NCBI RefSeq assembly: GCF_018350175.1
Contig: NC_058368.1
Location: forward strand, 211,980,001 to 212,044,000
Reading direction: 5' to 3'
Length of the DNA: 64,000 nucleotides
DNA from: Felis catus
Taxonomy: Eukaryota
Part shown: one piece after another, positions 23,730 through 36,983 of the stretch
How positions within the stretch are numbered: the stretch's first letter is position 1
Layout: the number at the start of each line of letters is the position of its first letter
Position numbers and translations under genes: made by a program
The notes under the pieces: generated by a model
What the model saw: only the letters and a program-made list of their open reading frames with translations
The model's database searches: none
What the model was told of the DNA's origin: nothing

Positions 23730-26700
23730 CACATCTTTATCCATTCATCCATTGATGGACATTTGGACTCTTTCTATACTTTGGCTATTGTAGATAGTGT
23801 TGCTATAAACATGGGGGTGCATGTGTCCCTTCAAAATAGCATACCTGTATCCCATGGATAAATACCTAGTAGTGCAATTGCTGGGTTGTAGGGTAGTTCT
23901 ATTTTTAGTTTTTTGAGGAACTTCCATACTGTTTTCCAGAGTGGCTGCACCAGCTTGCGTTCCCACCAGCAGTGCAGAAGAGATCCTCTTTCTCTGCATC
24001 CTTGCCAACATCTGTTGTTGCCTGAGTTGTTAATGTTAGCCATTCTGACAGGTGTAAGGTGGTATCTCATTGTGATTTTGATTTGTATTTCCCTGATGCT
24101 GAGTGATGTGGAGCATTTTTTTATGTGTCGGTTGGCCATCTGGATGTCTTCTTTGGAGAAGTGTCTATTCATGTCTTTTGCCCATTTCTTCACTGGATTA
24201 TTTACTTTTTGGGTGTTGAGTTTGAGAAGTTCTTTATAGATATTGGATACTAACCCTTTATATGTTATGTCGTTTGTAAATATCTTCTCTCATTCTGTCG
24301 CTTGCCTTTTAGTTTTGCTGTGCAGAAGTTTTTTATTTTGATGAGGTCCCAATAGTTCATTTTTGCTTTTGTTTCCCTTGCCTCTGGAGACGTGTTGAGT
24401 AAGAAATTGCTGTGGCCAAGATCAAAGAGGTTTTTACCTGCTTTCTCTTTGAGGATTTTGGTGGCTTCCTGTCTTACATTTAGGTCTTTCATCCATTTGA
24501 GCTTATTTTTGTGTATGGTGTAAGAAAGTGGTCCAGGTTCATTCTTCTGCATGTCGCTGTCCAGTTTTCCCAGCACCACTTGCTGAAGAGACTGTCTTTA
24601 TTCCATTGGATATTCTTTCCTGCTTTGTCAAAGATTAGTTGGCCGTACGTTCGTGGGTCCATTTCTATGTTCTCTATTCTGTTCCATTGATCTGAGTGTC
24701 TGTTTTTGTGCCATTACCATACTGTCTTGATGATTACAGCTTTGTAGTATAGCTTGAAGTGCGGGATTGTGATGCCTCCTGCTTTGGTTTTCTTTTTCAA
24801 GATTGCTTTGGCTATTCAGGGTCTTTAATGGTTCCATACAAATTTTAGGATTGTTTCTTCTAGCTCTGTGAAGATGCTGGTGTTATTTTGATAGGGATTG
24901 CATTGAATATGTAGATTGCTTTGGGTGGTAGTATTGACTCTTTTTTATTTTCTATGTAGATAATTATGTTATCTGTAAATAAATTATGTTATCTGTAAAC
25001 AAAAATTATGTGATCTGTAAACAAAAACAAAAAATTGCAAAAATTATGTTATCTGTAAACAAATCTTCCATCTCAATCTGTGTACCTTTTACTTCTTCCT
25101 CTCTCCCTTCCTTTCTTTTTTTGTTTTGTTTTGTTTTGTTTTGTTTTGTTTGGACTTTTTGCATTAGTTAGAACTTCCAGTACAATGTTGAAAAGCAGTG
25201 GTAAGATAGGACATACTTGCCTTGTACTTGATCTTAGTGGGACAGCTTCAAGTTTCTCACTATTAAGTATGATATTAGTTGTATGGTTTTTATAGATATT
25301 TTTTATCAAATTTTTTTTTTCTTTGGTATGCTGAGGTGTAGTATTTTTGGCATTTATCCAGCATGGTGTTATCAGAGCTTCCTGGATCTGTGTTTTGGTT
25401 TCTGGCATTAATTGGGGGAAAATTCTCAGTCATTTTCATTTCAAATATTTCTTCTGTTCCTTTCTTTCTTTATTCTCCTTCTGGTATTTCCATAATGGGT
25501 AAGCTATACCTTTTATGGTTGCCCCAACAGTCCTTGGATAATCTGTTCCTTTTTTTTTAGTCTTTGTTCTCTTTGATTTTAAATTTTAGAGTTTTCTATT
25601 GGTATATTCTCAAGCTCAAAGAGTCTTTTCTCAGTCATGACCAATCTGCTAATAAGCCTATTAAAGGCATTCTTTATTGCTGTCATAGTGGTTTTGATCT
25701 CTAGTATTTTGTTTTTTTGGGTCTTTCTTAGGATTTACATCTCTTTGCTTACATTTCCCATCTGTTATTGCATGCTGTCTACATTTCTATTAGAGCTCTT
25801 AGCACATTAATCATATTTGTTCTAAATTCCTGGTTTGATAATTTCAACATCCCTGCCATGTCTGGTTCTGATGTTTGCTCTGTCTCTTCAAATTGTTTTT
25901 TTTGCTTTTTGTATGTCTTGTAGTTTTTTTAAAGAAAAATTGTATATGTTTATACATGATATTTCCATATAATCAAGCTAATAATTAACATATCTATCTT
26001 CTCACATAGTTACCATTTTGGGGAATAATATTTTCTTGATAAGTAGACATGATATACTACATAAAAGGAACTGCCATAAATGGGCCTTTAGTAATGTGGT
26101 GGTGAGGTTTAGGGGAAGGGAAGGTGTTCTGTAGTCTTATGATTAGGTCTCAGTGTTTTAGTAAGCCTGGCCTCTGGACTGTGAACTTCAGAGCTATTTC
26201 TCAGTTTTTTCTCCCCTTTAGATGGGAAAAGATGGCTTGAGTAGACTGGAGTTCAATATTTCCTTTCTCCCATATGGAAGGCTAGAGCTATTTAGAGTTC
26301 GGTATTTCCTTTCCTCAAGGTAAGTCAGATTCTGGTAATTCCCTAGCAGATTCGGCTCTGGCTAACTAGTTTCTTCTGAAGACAGTTTTGTGAAGAACAT
26401 AGGGTTCTAAAGTATTTCAAAATACTCTGGCCAGAAGAATGAGGGGATTTTTTTCCCCAATATTTATTGTGGGGATTTGGCCCAGTTTTTTGAGATAAAT
26501 CTCAGTTTTGTAGGGGTCCCTTATAAATGAGTCCCATTGGAGTTAGCTCTCAGAGTTGTGTCCATGCTGAGCCTCCAGCAGTGTGTCAAAATTAGTTTGG
26601 ATTTTACTGGTTCTCATCCCCATGGTGTTTTCCACGTGAGTCTCTGTTTCGGTAAGCTGCTACTTCCTATATTCACCAGTCTGTCTCTCCAGGCCTGGGG

Positions 26701-28506
26701 GTATCTTCCCCTGTATCCTCCCCTCTTTTATGGATCCAAGAGGAGTTGTTGATTTTTCAGTCTGTTGAAGTTTTTGCTTATTAGGATAGAATGGTGACTT
26801 CCTAGCTCCTTACATGTGTCATGGGAAACCAGAAACCCCCTATGTATCTATTTTTTGCTGGATGGATATTTGTTTTTCAGTTTAAAATTTTAGTAATAAA
26901 AACGAATCACTTCAGAAGATTTAGAATATACATGAAAGTAAAAAAGAGGAAAATATCATGCAGAACGGGACTTGGTGTCTTGGTGAATGCCTCTTCACTT
27001 AATCATGGAGGCTCTCGTCTTGTTTTCTTGTGATTTATTAGGATATGCTCCCAGGAAAGGATGGAGACCCGCTCATTTAGACAGAGACCCACTCATTTTT
27101 GTTTGCATGGTCAAGGAAGGACTTTCTAGAAGCTGACATGAGAAGTGTATGTGGAAAGGAAGAAAGGAGGAGAATTGTCTGAGGAAAGGAATGAGGGCAG
27201 AAATTGAAGGCAGAGACCCTGAAATCACATGATTTCAGTTATGCCCCGAGACCTAATGCAAAGTGGACTCTGCTTGGACCCCTGAGTTTTTCTGAATGCA
27301 TATTTCAGTTAGATTTGAGAAACACTTTTTAAAACATTTTTATATTGCCATGAACCCCCAGATAAAGCTGGGAACATAAAATCAATGAGAGCTGGACTTA
27401 TTTGGAGTTCCTAATGTGTCCTGGGAGAAGTTGAATCACAGGCAGTTAAAGACTTCCCTTCCTCCAAGGAACCTATAACAGAGTACAAGTTACAAATAGT
27501 GAGAAAGGATTCAGCAATGTCCCCACAGTTTCCCAGGAGACTCTAGGAAGGTTGAAACTTGATCCAAATGGGATCTCTTGTTCCCCACAGATTTCAGATT
27601 TTCCTAAACTCAGTTCATTGTCGGCAACAGCCAGGTCCCAGTGCACAAGACTGTTTCCTCCTCAATGCCCTTGAGGTCAAACAGACTGTTCTGGGAAGGT
27701 CTTTTTGGAAACTTTGGAATGAAAATGTGTTTAAAACCATGAGCTCATGCTTTCCATAGATGAGACTGTCACATTATTAAAAAAAAAACAACCACCCACC
27801 ATCCCAGGCATGTGTTAATTTGAAAGGAAACTATTAGGAAAGTATAATTGTGATTTGCAGCAAAGTAAGTCTTTGTGATTATTCAGCTGAAAATGATAGA
27901 GGGATGTGCAAATGTCCTTTGCAGATTCATGTCTATAGCTTTATTTGCTTTTCACTATACCCATGGGAAGAAGTCAGGGCAAGTATTAGAATTTTCATTT
28001 TTCATCTGAAAAACCTTAGATCCAAGAGATTCAGTGACTGCATGTGGTCACATACCAGGGTAAGACTCTGTATCTCCTTGTAGCCTTACATTATTCCATT
28101 TCACCTCTTGCATTTTGCCTCAGAGTCCCAAATCATATGTTAAGATTTCTAGAAAGACAACTAAATATCTCAGTGCCTTCTGTTTCTAATTTTTCTTCTC
28201 AATAGAAAGAGAACTATATTTTGACCCTAACAAACTTGACATTTTCTTTGCACTGATTTGGCAGAAACTCCAGGGGCTGAAATGAACCCACACCACTGTA
28301 ATTGGTTTAAGGTGAATACAATGGCCTCTTTTTAAGTTCTTTCAAACTCTTTAGTCTGGACCAAGTAGCTAAAATTCCCAGGGAGCAAAATTAGCCCTTT
28401 CCATCCACCTGAGGGCTGGATACTAACTTCCATCTAAATTTAGGTAATCTTCTTTTATTTAGAGCTGGCACTCTCTCCTTTTGCACTCGATGTGTGTAAC
28501 CATGTT

Positions 28507-28994
28507 GTGTGAGTTTCCTATTGCTGCTTTAACAAATTACTACAAGCCATGTCATTTAAAACAACACAGATTTATGATCTAATAGGTGTGGAGGTCAGTA
28601 GTTTGACATGGATCTTGGTGAGCCAACAGTGGGGTGGCATCCCTTCTGCAGCTTTGAGGTTAAACTATTTCCATGCTTTCTCTAGCTTCTAGAAGTCCCT
28701 TTCATAGCTTATGTCCTTATTTTTCCATCTCCAAAGCCAGCAACGTTGAGCCAAGTCTTTTTCACACTGCCATCTCCCTAGTTATTGCTAGCTCCTTCTT
28801 CCATTTATAATAATCCTTTGGATTACATCAGCTCCCCCACCCCCTGTATAATCCAGGCTAATCTCCCATCTCTGATTAACAACCTTAAGTCTGTTGGCAT
28901 TCTTCATTTCTCTTTGCCATGTTATCTAACTTAGTTACAATTTCTGGGAATTAGGACATGGGTATCTTTGGGAGGCCTTATTTTGCCTACCACA
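28507..28994 (-). mobile_element. MaLR solo LTR (MLT1-like)
   Basis: tgtgagtttcctattgctgctttaacaaattactaca...ttattttgcctaccaca termini. Confidence 0.8.
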
Positions 28995-29339
28995 CATATA
29001 TTATCTTGTTTTCTAGTTGTCTCCTTTTAACAGTATGCATTTTAGTATATAACAATTTGGGTAGTCTATCATGACGCTAAATGTTCCTGAACACTGTAGT
29101 GAGTGGGATCCTATTTTCCCAGAAGCAACATATGAACCAAATAAATTATAGATAAAACCCACAGTATGCTATATAAAATAAAAGGTACAGACATTTAAAA
29201 ATGTTTTAAATTAGTTAGGATAATAATATTAAACCATAGACCCTATAAAACAAAGATGAATGTATTCTGTCTGATAAGTACATATTGCATTTTCATTTAC
29301 CTAAGTTTATAAAGCTGGCAAAGTACGGTTTTAACTTAC

Positions 29340-29573
29340 ATCATTTAAATACGATTCAAAACTAGTACTTGGCAAGGCAAACATCCATAGAATACTTGGT
29401 CAATAAGAATTTTCCTTTCTTTCTGGTTCAGAAGGGCTTTGATAACCCTAAAGCTTCCAAAAGCTTAATGGTGTTCTTTTCCTGTAACTGGAGTTGTATT
29501 CAAACCACCCCCCCCCCCCACTCCAGTCTTTGGAGATATGCTTTTCAAAAACTTGTCTGCCCTTCTCCCTCTT
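29340..29573 (-). pseudogene. candidate decayed exon (234 nt)
   Basis: Acceptor ttgtttacttcatggcag|AAG and donor GAT|gtaagt; purine-rich on minus; stops in all frames. Confidence 0.3.
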
Positions 29574-30072
29574 CTGCCATGAAGTAAACAATGAATGACC
29601 AAGAAGAGGAAGTGAAGGTGGCAGGGAGGCCTGGAGTATGAATAAACACACAGTGCATGTGGACAACGGGGAGACGCCTGTGTGTCGATATGCACAGCAC
29701 TCTTGTCTGCCACTGACTTGGCATAAATGGTTGCCTCTCAGAACACTTTCTTACAGCTTTTAAACCTTTTTTTAACAAAATCGATCGGTGCTGATCGAAC
29801 CCTGCTAGTTTATCTACCGATTAAGAACATCTCTCACCCTGTTCGGTTACCCTTTAGTGAGTTTTTTCATATCATTTCCAGCTTCCTACTAAGTACATGA
29901 TTTTGCTCTTCCTTTCCTGCCTGTTCCTTGCTCCTGTTCCATCCTTCCTCCTTTTCCCTTTTCCGCTTTTTCTGTTATTCTTTTCCCCTTCTCTTCTAAT
30001 CCAGTGTATTTATCGTTTCTCTCCTGTCAGTGTTCTACAACCTGAGTGCCCCCCTTCCCTGCTCCCAGCTGC

Positions 30073-30298
30073 TTTTTTTTTTTAATTTTTTTTTTCAACG
30101 TTTATTTATTTTTGGGACAGAGAGAGACAGAGCATGAACGGGGAAGGGGCAGAGAGAGAGGGAGACACAGAATCGGAAACAGGCTCCAGGCTCCCAGCCA
30201 TCAGCCCAGAGCCCGACGCGGGGCTCGAACTCACGGACCGCGAGATCGTGACCTGGCTGAAGTCGGACGCTTAACCGACTGCGCCACCCAGGCGCCCC
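30073..30298 (-). mobile_element. young SINEC_Fc-type SINE
   Basis: CpG-intact body; TSD cccagctgctttt. Confidence 0.96.
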
Positions 30299-30391
30299 CC
30301 AGCTGCTTTTCTATGGACCCTGATTAGTGATGTGATTGGACAGACTGGTGACAGGATATCAGGAACAGAACGTATTCTAAAGGCACTTCCT

Positions 30392-30602
30392 GGGCCCCTG
30401 GGTGGCTCAGTTGGTTAAGCGTCTGACTTTTTCAGGTCGTGATCTTGTAGTCTGTGAGTTCAAGCCCTTCCTCAGGCTCTGGGCTGACAGCGCAGAGTCT
30501 GGAGCCTACTTTGGATTGTTTCCCCCTCTCTCTCTGCCCCTCCCCCACTTGCATTGTCTCTTTCTGTCTCTCAAAAATGAGTAGACATAAAAAAATTTTT
30601 TT
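30392..30602 (+). mobile_element. older Can-SINE
   Basis: Diverged SINE body with A tail. Confidence 0.9.
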
Positions 30603-30679
30603 AATATTAAAAACACTTCAATTAAAATCATGCTTCCTAAATAAATAGCCTCCATACATCACGCTTGATCTGTGTAGAT

Positions 30680-30908
30680 CATTTTTTTTTTTAATTTTTT
30701 TTTTTCAACGTTTATTTATTTTTGGGACAGAGAGAGACAGAGCATGAACGGGGGAGGGGCAGAGAGAGAAGGAGACACAGAATCGGAAACAGGCTCCAGG
30801 CTCTGAGCCATCAGCCCAGAGCCTGACGCGGGGCTCGAACTCCCGGACCGCGAGATCGTGACCTGGCTGAAGTCGGACGCTTAACCGACTGCGCCACCCA
30901 GGTGCCCC
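30680..30908 (-). mobile_element. young SINEC_Fc-type SINE
   Basis: CpG-intact body; TSD tgtgtagatcattttt. Confidence 0.96.
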
Positions 30909-31844
30909 TGTGTAGATCATTTTTAATGATACTATTAAAATTATTTGCCTAGCTAAAACATGAGTTACCACTCAAGGCATTGAATTACCAAAGCATAATG
31001 AAACATTTTATACATTCTGTCTGGTTTTAAAGGTATCACATGCTAATACAGAGCTTCAAATAATTCAAAAAGGCACGGAGAGGAAAATAAAAATTATGTG
31101 TAATCTCACAAAGAAAAGCACTAGGAAATATTTTGAGGATAACTTTATTTTTGTTATAAAAGAAATGTGTACTCAATGTGGCAAATTCAGAATTTTCAAC
31201 AAAAGTATAAAAGAGAAAGTAACCCTTGTCCAGCAACAGGTTTAGAAGTGACTATGGTTAAGAATATATATGCATATATTTTTTCTTTATTTTCTCTATA
31301 TTTCTAAATAGTTGGAATCATACTGAACATATAATTTCTTATCCTTTATTTAATCTCTTACAATGAACATTTTTGATATCATTAGAAACATAGCACATTT
31401 TTTATTTGCTGTATAACATCCTGTTGTGCAAATGTTACCCCGTTTCCTTTCCAGTCCTCTGTTGTTGGTCATATAGATTGCTTCCTATTATTCATCATTG
31501 GGAATACCGCTCTGATAGATGTCTTTGTGCACAAACTGTTTTCCTTTATTTGGATCAGTTCTTTTGGAAATAATTTTGTAAGTGGAGTTTTGGGGTCACA
31601 AATGTGCTTTTCTGAGGCTTTTGATGCAGATTGTCTCCAAAGGGAGAAGCAGTCCTCCCTCACGTCCCTGGAGGCGTGTGAGATTTCCTCTGACCATATT
31701 AGGATGTGGCTCCATGAACAGAATCATTGCACAGTTTTACTGTGGAAGATTTTTAATTTCAATTCTCAGATTTCGATTGAGATTAAGCTTCCATCAATTT
31801 TAATACTAATATAAAAAAGAATGATTTGTAATTTTTTAAGTAGA

Positions 31845-32520
31845 CTCTTTTTTTTAGAGCAATTTTAGATTTACAGGCAAGTTGCAAAGATAGCACCTAC
31901 AGTTGTGTGCATATACCTGGCACCCAGTTTCCCTCATTATTAGCATCTGGTAACTGTAGTATTATTGTCACAGCTCAGGGACCCACATTGGCACATTACT
32001 ATTAACTGAACTACACACTTTTTTTAGGGTCCTCTAGTTTTCTATAGTGTCAGTCTTCTGTTCCAAGATCCCACCCACAACATCGCTTTGCGTTTAGTTA
32101 TCACATGTCCTTAGTCTCCTCTGGGCTATGACATTCCTAGGCTTCCCTTGTTTTTGAGGACTTGACAGGAATAGTGGTCAGGTATTTTGGAGAGCATCTC
32201 TCAATTTGGGTTTGTCTAATGTTTTTCTCATGGTTAGACCTGGGTTATGAGGCTTGGGGAAGAACACAACAGAAGTAAAGTGCCCTTGTCATGACATCAT
32301 ACCAAGGGCACGTGATGTTGACGTGACTTACCACTAATGATGCTAACCTCGATCACCTGGCTGAAGTAACGTCTGCCATGCTTCTCCATTGTAAAGTCAT
32401 TTGTTCTCTCTGTTTTCAGTACCCCGCTGTGTGGGACCAAGTTACTGAACAAAGCTGACACTAAAGGGTAGGGTTAAGTTCAGAGGTTAAGTTCCACCTC
32501 CTGGAGAAAAGAATATTTAC
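31845..32520 (-). mobile_element. old L1 3'UTR fragment
   Basis: ttttttagagcaattttagatttacagg...tggttagacctgggttatg...agaagtaaagtgcc motifs. Confidence 0.7.
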
Positions 32521-32542
32521 AGAAATGTCTATAATGATTCTT

Positions 32543-33932
32543 TTTTTTTATATATGAAATTTATTGACAAATTGGTTTCCATACAACACCCAGTGCTCAT
32601 CCCAAAAGGTGCCCTCCTCAATACCCATCACCCACCCTCTCCTCCCTCCCACCCCCCATCAACCCTCAGTTTGTTCTCAGTTTTTAAGAGTCTCTTATGC
32701 TTTGGCTCTCTCCCACTCTAACCTCTTTTTTTTTTTTCCTTCCCCTCCCCCATGGGTTCCTGTTAAGTTTCTCAGGGTCCACATAAGAGTGAAACCATAT
32801 GGTATCTGTCTTTCTCTGTATGGCTTATTTCACTTAGCATCACACTCTCCAGTTCCATCCACGTTGCTACAAAAGGCCATATTTCATTTTTTCTCATTGC
32901 CACGTAGTATTCCATTGTGTATATAAACCACAATTTCTTTATCCATTCATCAGTTGATGGACATTTAGGCTCTTTCCATAATTTGGCTATTGTTGAGAGT
33001 GCTGCTATGAACATTGGGGTACAAGTGGCCCTATGCATCAGTACTCCTGTATCCCTTGGATAAATTCCTAGCAGTGCTATTGCTGGGTCATAGGGTAGGT
33101 CTATTTTTAATTTTCTGAGGAACCTCCACACTGCTTTCCAGAGCGGCTGCACCAATTTGCATTCCCACCAACAGTGCAAGAGGGTTCCCGTTTCTCCACA
33201 TCCTCTCCAGCATCTATAGTCTCCTGATTTGTTCATTTTGGCCACTCTGACTGGCGTGAGGTGATACCTGAGTGTGGTTTTGATTTGTATTTCCCTGATA
33301 AGGAGCGACGCTGAACATCTTTTCATGTGCCTGTTGGCCATCCGGATGTCTTCTTTAGAGAAGTGTCTATTCATGTTTTCTGCCCATTTCTTCACTGGGT
33401 TATTTGTTTTTCGGGTGTGGAGTTTGGTGAGCTCTTTATAGATTTTGGATACTAGCCCTTTGTCCGATAGGTCATTTGCGAATATCTTTTCCCATTCCGT
33501 TGGTTGCCTTTTAGTTTTGTTGGTTGTTTCCTTTGCTGTGCAGAAGCTTTTTATCTTCATAAGGTCCCAGTAATTCACTTTTGCTTTTAATTCCCTTGCC
33601 TTTGGGGATGTGTCGAGTAAGAGATTGCTACGGCTGAGGTCAGAGAGGTCTTTTCCTGCTTTCTCCTCTAAGGTTTTGATGGTTTCCTGTCTCACATTTA
33701 GGTCCTTTATCCATTTTGAGTTTATTTTTGTGAACAGTGTGAGAAAGTGGTCTAGTTTCAACCTTCTGCATGTTGCTGTCCAGTTCTCCCAGCACCATTT
33801 GTTAAAGAGGCTGTCTTTTTTCCATTGGATGTTCTTTCCTGCTTTGTCAAAGATGAGTTGGCCATATGTTTGTGGGTCTAGTTCTGGGGTTTCTATTCTA
33901 TTCCATTGGTCTATGTGTCTGTTTTTGTGCCA
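32543..33932 (-). mobile_element. young felid L1, 5'-truncated
   Basis: Uninterrupted 329-aa ORF2 C-terminus (32772-33761); 13-bp TSD tataatgattctt 32530-32542 and 33933-33945. Confidence 0.97.
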
Positions 33933-34128
33933 TATAATGATTCTTGACAGGAGAAGTAGTTTGTACTTTAATCTTTTAAAATAAATGGGTCACATAGAGA
34001 TAACCACTGGCAAGTTTTTAAAAATAATTGTTTATAAAAGGAATATACGTCAAACATATACGTATACATATGTGTTGTGTATAAACCCTCATCTTGCTAT
34101 CTTTGCTGTGGTCACAAATTCTCGATAC

Positions 34129-34318
34129 CTCTGTACTTTGCTTAACAATTACTCTTCATTAGTAACTTCAGGGGTCATGTATTCAGGGACAAACAGGTTG
34201 GCATTTGCATCAGGCCCAACTCCTATCCAAGAACATTTCCCTCCTCAGGGTTGAGGTCACTGAAAAGATCACGAATGGTGGGTAACCTTCAGCTGTCATT
34301 CACATGCTTCAGAAAGTT
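34129..34318 (-). pseudogene. candidate decayed exon
   Basis: Possible acceptors starting the exon at 34318 or 34259, donor GAG|gtatcg; protein-like pieces LPTIRDLFSDLNPEEGNVL and IGVGPDANANLFVPEYMTPEVTNEE in different frames. Confidence 0.3.
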
Positions 34319-35075
34319 CTGTAGGACTCGCCAAATACTTTCCAGAATTGAGTAAATTATTTGTGCTATTTAGATTTTGACAAGGATGTTGTGATATTTT
34401 GGAGTATAATTATTCTATTAGTAGGGATTTTTTGTGTTTTGTGCCCTTCATTATTTCTCTATTATGAACTATTTGGGGCATAAACAGTTTTAAATTGTGA
34501 ATTAAAAAAGAAGTAGACTTATTTTTCTAAGCTTTAAAAAGGTTGAATTTAATGTTATAATCTCTTTGGTGTCAGTGAGAAGGTTTAATTCGTTGTGTAT
34601 TTAAACCTGTTAGAAATATGTTTAATTAATCTAACTATTTTTATTTTCAATTATTTCTAAAACCATCAACACATTTTCAAAGATGACAGGTGGAACAAAT
34701 AAGTCTCCTTCCTAACAGTAAGGGAATAAGTCATCTTAGGATACGAGATTTTGACAACATTCTAGAAGATGAAGTGGGACGAGAAATCACCAAGGTTTCA
34801 CGGCCATGTGAGCTGCACCTCAGAGTGTACACACTGGTGGGCTATAGACAGAAATAAATTTGATTTGACACAGGAGCACCCAGAGAGTTTTGGGACTTGG
34901 AGATTCTAGATGTGACAGAGGGCAGGCTGGAGGCTGGAACTGAAAACAGAATGGCCATGTGCTTCCACAATCTCCAGCAGGATTATACACTGCCAGGTGT
35001 CTATCCCCTAAGCAGTAGACTAGAGCTTTTTTCTCTGCAGGAACTTAATGGTCCAGAAAAAAAAAGACCTTTATT

Positions 35076-35260
35076 GGGGCACCTGGGTGGCTCAGTCGGT
35101 TGAGCTCAGGTCATGATCTCATGGTTCGTGAGTTTGAGCCCCTCATCAGGCTCAGTGCTGTCAGTGCAGACTTCTCTTCGGATCCTCTATTACCCTCTCT
35201 CTCTACCCCTTCCCCCACCCCCACTCTCTCTCTGTCAAAAATGAATAAACATGTGCATAA
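35076..35260 (+). mobile_element. Can-SINE
   Basis: ggggcacctgggtggctcagtcggttgag head, CT tract and tail. Confidence 0.9.
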
Positions 35261-36541
35261 AAATGAGAATTCCTCCATGCTTACATAGAGCATATCACCA
35301 GCTTTTTAGCACCCCTCAGAGATATGGATGGTGAAGCAAGGATGTCAAGACATTTTAGGAAAATGTTATGCATAAAAGAGGTAGAGCAAAGTAAATAAAC
35401 AGGAAAAATTGACTTTGGAGAAATCAGATAATGCAGGAAGCAGAAAGGAATGCAACAAACAAAAAAAGTAAACCTCAAAACATTTAGCTAGTGTTCGTAG
35501 AAATATTCTAGACTAGATTGTATCCATAGAACAAGAAAAAGGTCCTGTGAAAAGGAAAACTAGAGGCCAAAAAAAGAGCTCTCTGGGCGGGGAAAGACGA
35601 TTGAATTTAGAAAGTAACCAATAGAAATAGTGCAAGATAAAGCCAAGAGACTCTCTCAAAAATTAGATAAGATGCTTGGAAAATATGAGATAAATGGTCA
35701 GGATATAGAAGAGAAATCCAGGGGGTCTAACATCCAAGAGTATTTTTCATAACTGAAGGACTGAAAGACACAGTGTCCAGAATGAAAAGTACATTGAGTG
35801 TCGAGTACAATGGGTGTTAGAAGGCTCCCTCAAAGGCACTTCATTGTGAAATTTCCAAGTAGGGTGGGTAAAGAGAAGATTCCTGAACCTTCTGGGGAGA
35901 GAGGTGGAGGTTCTTCCAAAAGGATGGAGAGTCAGGAAAGATTAGATTTCTCAATTTAAAAAATGGATGCTGGATAAAGCAGACATGCCAATATGAGAGC
36001 CTTGAAATCAGTGGATCTCACTTGGAGGTGCCCTACACAGAGTCCCTGGATGATGGCTGGGGGCTGGGGGCTGGCCTGGGAGCCACAAGGAAATAAAGAG
36101 CTCCAGGGAAGGCTTCCAAGAAAAAGGAGAGCCCCAGGGATGCCTGGGTGGCTCAGTCAGTTAAGCGTTTGACTATTTTGGCTCAGGTCATGATCTCACG
36201 GTTGGTGAGATTAAGCCCTGAGTAGGGCTTTGAGCTGACAGCACAGAGCCTCCTTGGGATTCTGTCTCTCACTCTCTGCTCCCACCCCCTGCTCACTGTT
36301 ATGCCCAGAATTCGTGATCCCAAAGACCACAGGGAGCTGAGTCCGATGCAAAAGCAAAGAGCCTTTATTCGAGCTAGCTGGAGCTCAATCTCCTACCTGC
36401 ACCCACGCAGCAGTGAGATACCGGAGGGGGAGGAAGGGAGAGGGAGAGGGAGAGAGGAGGAGAGAGAGGGAGGGGAGGGAGGGGGAGGGGGTGGGGGGAG
36501 AGGGGGAGAGGGAGGGAGAGGGAGTGTTAAAAGCACAAAGG

Positions 36542-36603
36542 TTTTATAGGGATCATGGCCTTAGCCGATTGGCTGGGGAAGGGTCGTGACCTCAGCTGAT
36601 TGG
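36542..36603 (-). promoter_or_regulatory. LTR U3 core promoter (two CCAAT boxes and TATA box)
   Basis: Minus-strand CCAAT at 36599-36603 and 36568-36572, TATAAAA at 36542-36548; poly(A) signal AATAAA at 36364-36369. Confidence 0.7.
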
Positions 36604-36607
36604 CTGC

Positions 36608-36983
36608 CAAAGTGTGGGCCCAGATCAGCAATTATCAGGGTCACCTGGAACTTGTTAAAAATGCAAATGTTGGGCCTGGTGGTCACAGACCTACTGAATC
36701 AGAAACTCCGGGGGTGGGGCTCAGCAATCTGTGTTTGAACAAGTCTTCCAAGAGATTCTGATGCACCTGAAGTTTAAGAACCACTGTGTCTGAGGATCGC
36801 TAACATGTTTGGCCTCAGTGTATACAGAACGTTTCTCACTGGTCACCTATTAACCATTGGCTGTCAGCCTTGCTGTGCTATATAAATACCTAGCACCAAA
36901 CACCATCCCCAGAGACTCTAATTTAATTGGTTTGGGGAGGGGTAAAATGCTCCTGGGTCATTCTAAGCCTGGACAGGGTTGAG
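36608..36983. mobile_element. MER5A-like and MER5B-like fragments inside the LTR
   Basis: ccaaagtgtgg...tcacctggaacttgttaaaaatgcaaat...cagacctactgaatcagaaactc...gtttaagaaccactg (36608-36786); second fragment at about 36859-36983. Confidence 0.8.

Larger units (their letters stand above)
22960..24930 (-). mobile_element. carnivore L1 (ORF2 C-terminal half and 3'UTR)
   Basis: ORF2 peptides [21 protein letters not shown] and [20 protein letters not shown]; frameshifted. Confidence 0.93.
21030..26830 (-). mobile_element. composite old L1 region with nested younger L1 and SINE
   Basis: Reverse L1 3'UTR/ORF2 motifs at 21030-22930 and 24935-25320; more diverged L1 sequence at 25330-26830. Confidence 0.75.

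Noticed and set aside
23480..23861. Many 60-100 aa ORFs rich in YI, CV, RE or SL
   Set aside because: They are translations of (TA)/(TG)/(GA) microsatellites; the same applies at 4972-5160, 9040-9270 and 57987-58280
32772..33761. Longest ORF in the window (329 aa)
   Set aside because: C-terminal part of L1 ORF2 in a truncated insertion, not a host gene
36423..36523. G/A-rich tract with G-quadruplex potential
   Set aside because: It lies between the LTR's TATA box and poly(A) signal as a low-complexity expansion; there is no independent evidence of function
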